Origin: Catajapyx aquilonaris
Lineage: Eukaryota
NCBI GenBank assembly: GCA_000934665.2
Contig: KZ538817.1
Coordinates: 62,001-126,000, forward strand
Direction of reading: 5' to 3'
DNA length: 64,000 nt
Shown here: piece after piece, positions 62,031 through 64,000 of the stretch
Layout of the letters: each line of letters starts with the position of its first letter
How positions within the stretch are numbered: the stretch's first letter is position 1
Translations under genes and position numbers: made by a program
Notes under the pieces: model-generated
Database searches by the model: none
What the model was told of the DNA's origin: nothing
The model's input: only the letters and a program-made list of their open reading frames with translations

Positions 62031-64000
62031 TTGCATGTGTGCCTTCTATTGAGCACCATCTGTAATATATGGGCTGAAAATTTTTTTATCCTCTCTCACT
62101 GGATCTGTTTCATCAGAACTCAAGACCTTATTAGTGCATTTTAGGGAAGCTGGCAATATGAGAAGCATATGATTGCAAAGTCTTGTGACGAAGGTTTCAA
62201 AAGGTAAAAACAACAATTGGCAGATCGCTAAGTTCCGCTAGTTGGCGCCTATTATCAGGAATTTAGGATCATAGCACTGACAACATTAAATACATGAAAG
62301 GTCATTTCAAGCATAGCAAGTTTTATAATTGAAGATGTGAGTTACATGCCATGGCAGGTACAGGATGTTGACTGAATTCCTGAAGAATGAGGGCATGGGC
62401 AAATATTTGCGACGATTTTTTCTGCAATGTTTGAATAAAAATTTGACAAGTACAACCAATGACACTCATTGTGTCAGGGTATATCATCAAGTTGGACATT
62501 TACGAATAACACTGCAAAAGATTTGCCACACTCTGCATTAGATGCGACTGGCGCGAAAATTCAAATGGAGATCCTCCTCTTCCCAAATATTCATCCAAAA
62601 GACGCCCCACCGTGATTCGTGACAAAAGCGGGTAGATAGGAGGAGACATGGCATTGTGGCTGTACGTATCTGGCAAGCCCCCTGAATTTTAGGGGGGAGA
62701 GAGAGGGTAGGTAGGTGGAGCAAAGGCGTCCCCGTTCGTCTTGGTAGGCGCTCCAGAGGCGTCTCCGGAGACGCCTGGGCTCGTTGGGGCGAGGGGCTGA
62801 AGACGGACTGCTTGCTTTGTGCGCCCGGATGAAGATTTAGCGGCGCAGGGAGCCAGCTGACGGCCTCGCGAATTACAGGCACCAGCCATTTGCGAGAACC
62901 CCCCCCTTTTCGCCATCCTTCCCCCCTTCTCCCTTCTGGGGGTTGCCGAGGAAGAGAAGGAAGACTACGCCGCAGACTTGGTCAAAATGAGGGATTCCAG
63001 GCTAGGTGCAAATGAAGGGTACGGGTAACCACCCCCGTGGAATTATGCAAATGTATGCTGCGGAACGTGGGGGAAAAGGATGAGGCACGTGGGTGGGGAG
63101 CTGGTGGACACTTGTTGATTCAGCCTGGACCCTGGTCAAGCTGAGCCCGGATTTGTCGCAGAGAGTGGAGGAATCGTCCCCCACCTTGCTCTTGGGCGAT
63201 ATAGTATATGGTCATTTGATCCTAAAATCCGGTAATAATTATGATTGTCTTTTCAACAGGTCTTATGTAGTGCAGGAAGGCGAAATAGCGGCAGGGTTGG
63301 AAAAGGAATGCATAATGGATGAAGCCAAATCCTCTTTCCAGGTGGGCAATGGAGGCGGCATTAGATTAGCAGATCTCCAGGTGGGGGGAGAGGCCGGGGA
63401 AGCAGGGGAAGGTCTGGGGAAAGGAGTACAAAATAAAATATGAAGTCATCACAAGAGGCGGGGTGGAGGCTAAGCCTTGAACCTCTGCAGGCTTGCAGAG
63501 GGACTTGCCAGGGGGGGCAGGGTTAGGTGGGCGGTGGGAGAGAGAGGGAGGGAGGGGGGGGGAGGAAATTGATGTCTCAAAACAGCTCGAAATCTCAGAG
63601 CTCATTTCCCAGTTTCAAAATCTTAAGATTTATGCAAAGCAAGTAAATGCATTTCAGGGCTCGCATATGTAAATCCCAGTCCCTTCAGTCATTAATGGCG
63701 TCCCTGGGGTCCCCTTGAGATCTGCTCTGCTTAACTTTAATGCGTTGGGAGTTGGCGGTTCCCTCAGCATAAGGATTAAACTCGCGCCTGCACTTCATCG
63801 CACTCCTCCGGGACTTTCTCCGGGACTCCGGGAAGTATTTCCTCCTTTTCTCCGGCCCCCAAGATTTAAGTTTGGGAATCCGCGCCGGGGACACACAAAA
63901 GAAAAAGGGAGGGAGGGCAAGATAGAGGAAATATTGTAATCCAGTCATATTTATATACCGGGGAAAAGGCACCTGAGAGGCCCTCCTCCCATCCGAATAA

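Noticed and set aside
1..64000. tRNA, rRNA, snRNA or known conserved miRNA genes
   Set aside because: No convincing matches seen by inspection. tRNAscan-SE, Infernal/Rfam and a miRBase search would be needed to exclude them fully.

Overview
Eukaryotic genomic DNA, most likely arthropod judging from the Oaz-type protein, with no prokaryotic features. The first ~50 kb has no recognisable coding sequence. It contains poly-G/C tracts, three assembly gaps, small non-autonomous DNA-transposon elements (one clear 914-bp piggyBac-type element with TTAA target-site duplications), short tandem repeats and clusters of transcription-factor motifs. A complete 8-exon ZNF423/ZNF521-family gene (Oaz) follows on the + strand (CDS 50565..58135, 3726 nt spliced, 1241 aa, 27 C2H2 fingers plus one C4-type finger). 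About 1.4 kb after its stop codon come the first three coding exons of HEATR3 (+ strand, from 59571, continuing beyond the window). The most interesting observations are: the ZNF423-HEATR3 linkage, which also exists in human; a candidate dual-donor cassette exon in Oaz intron 7; two extra C-terminal zinc fingers and a PxDLS motif in Oaz; and several motif-bearing repeats or hairpins in the gene desert. I found no evidence of a wholly new multi-gene system. The regulatory calls are motif-level inferences only.
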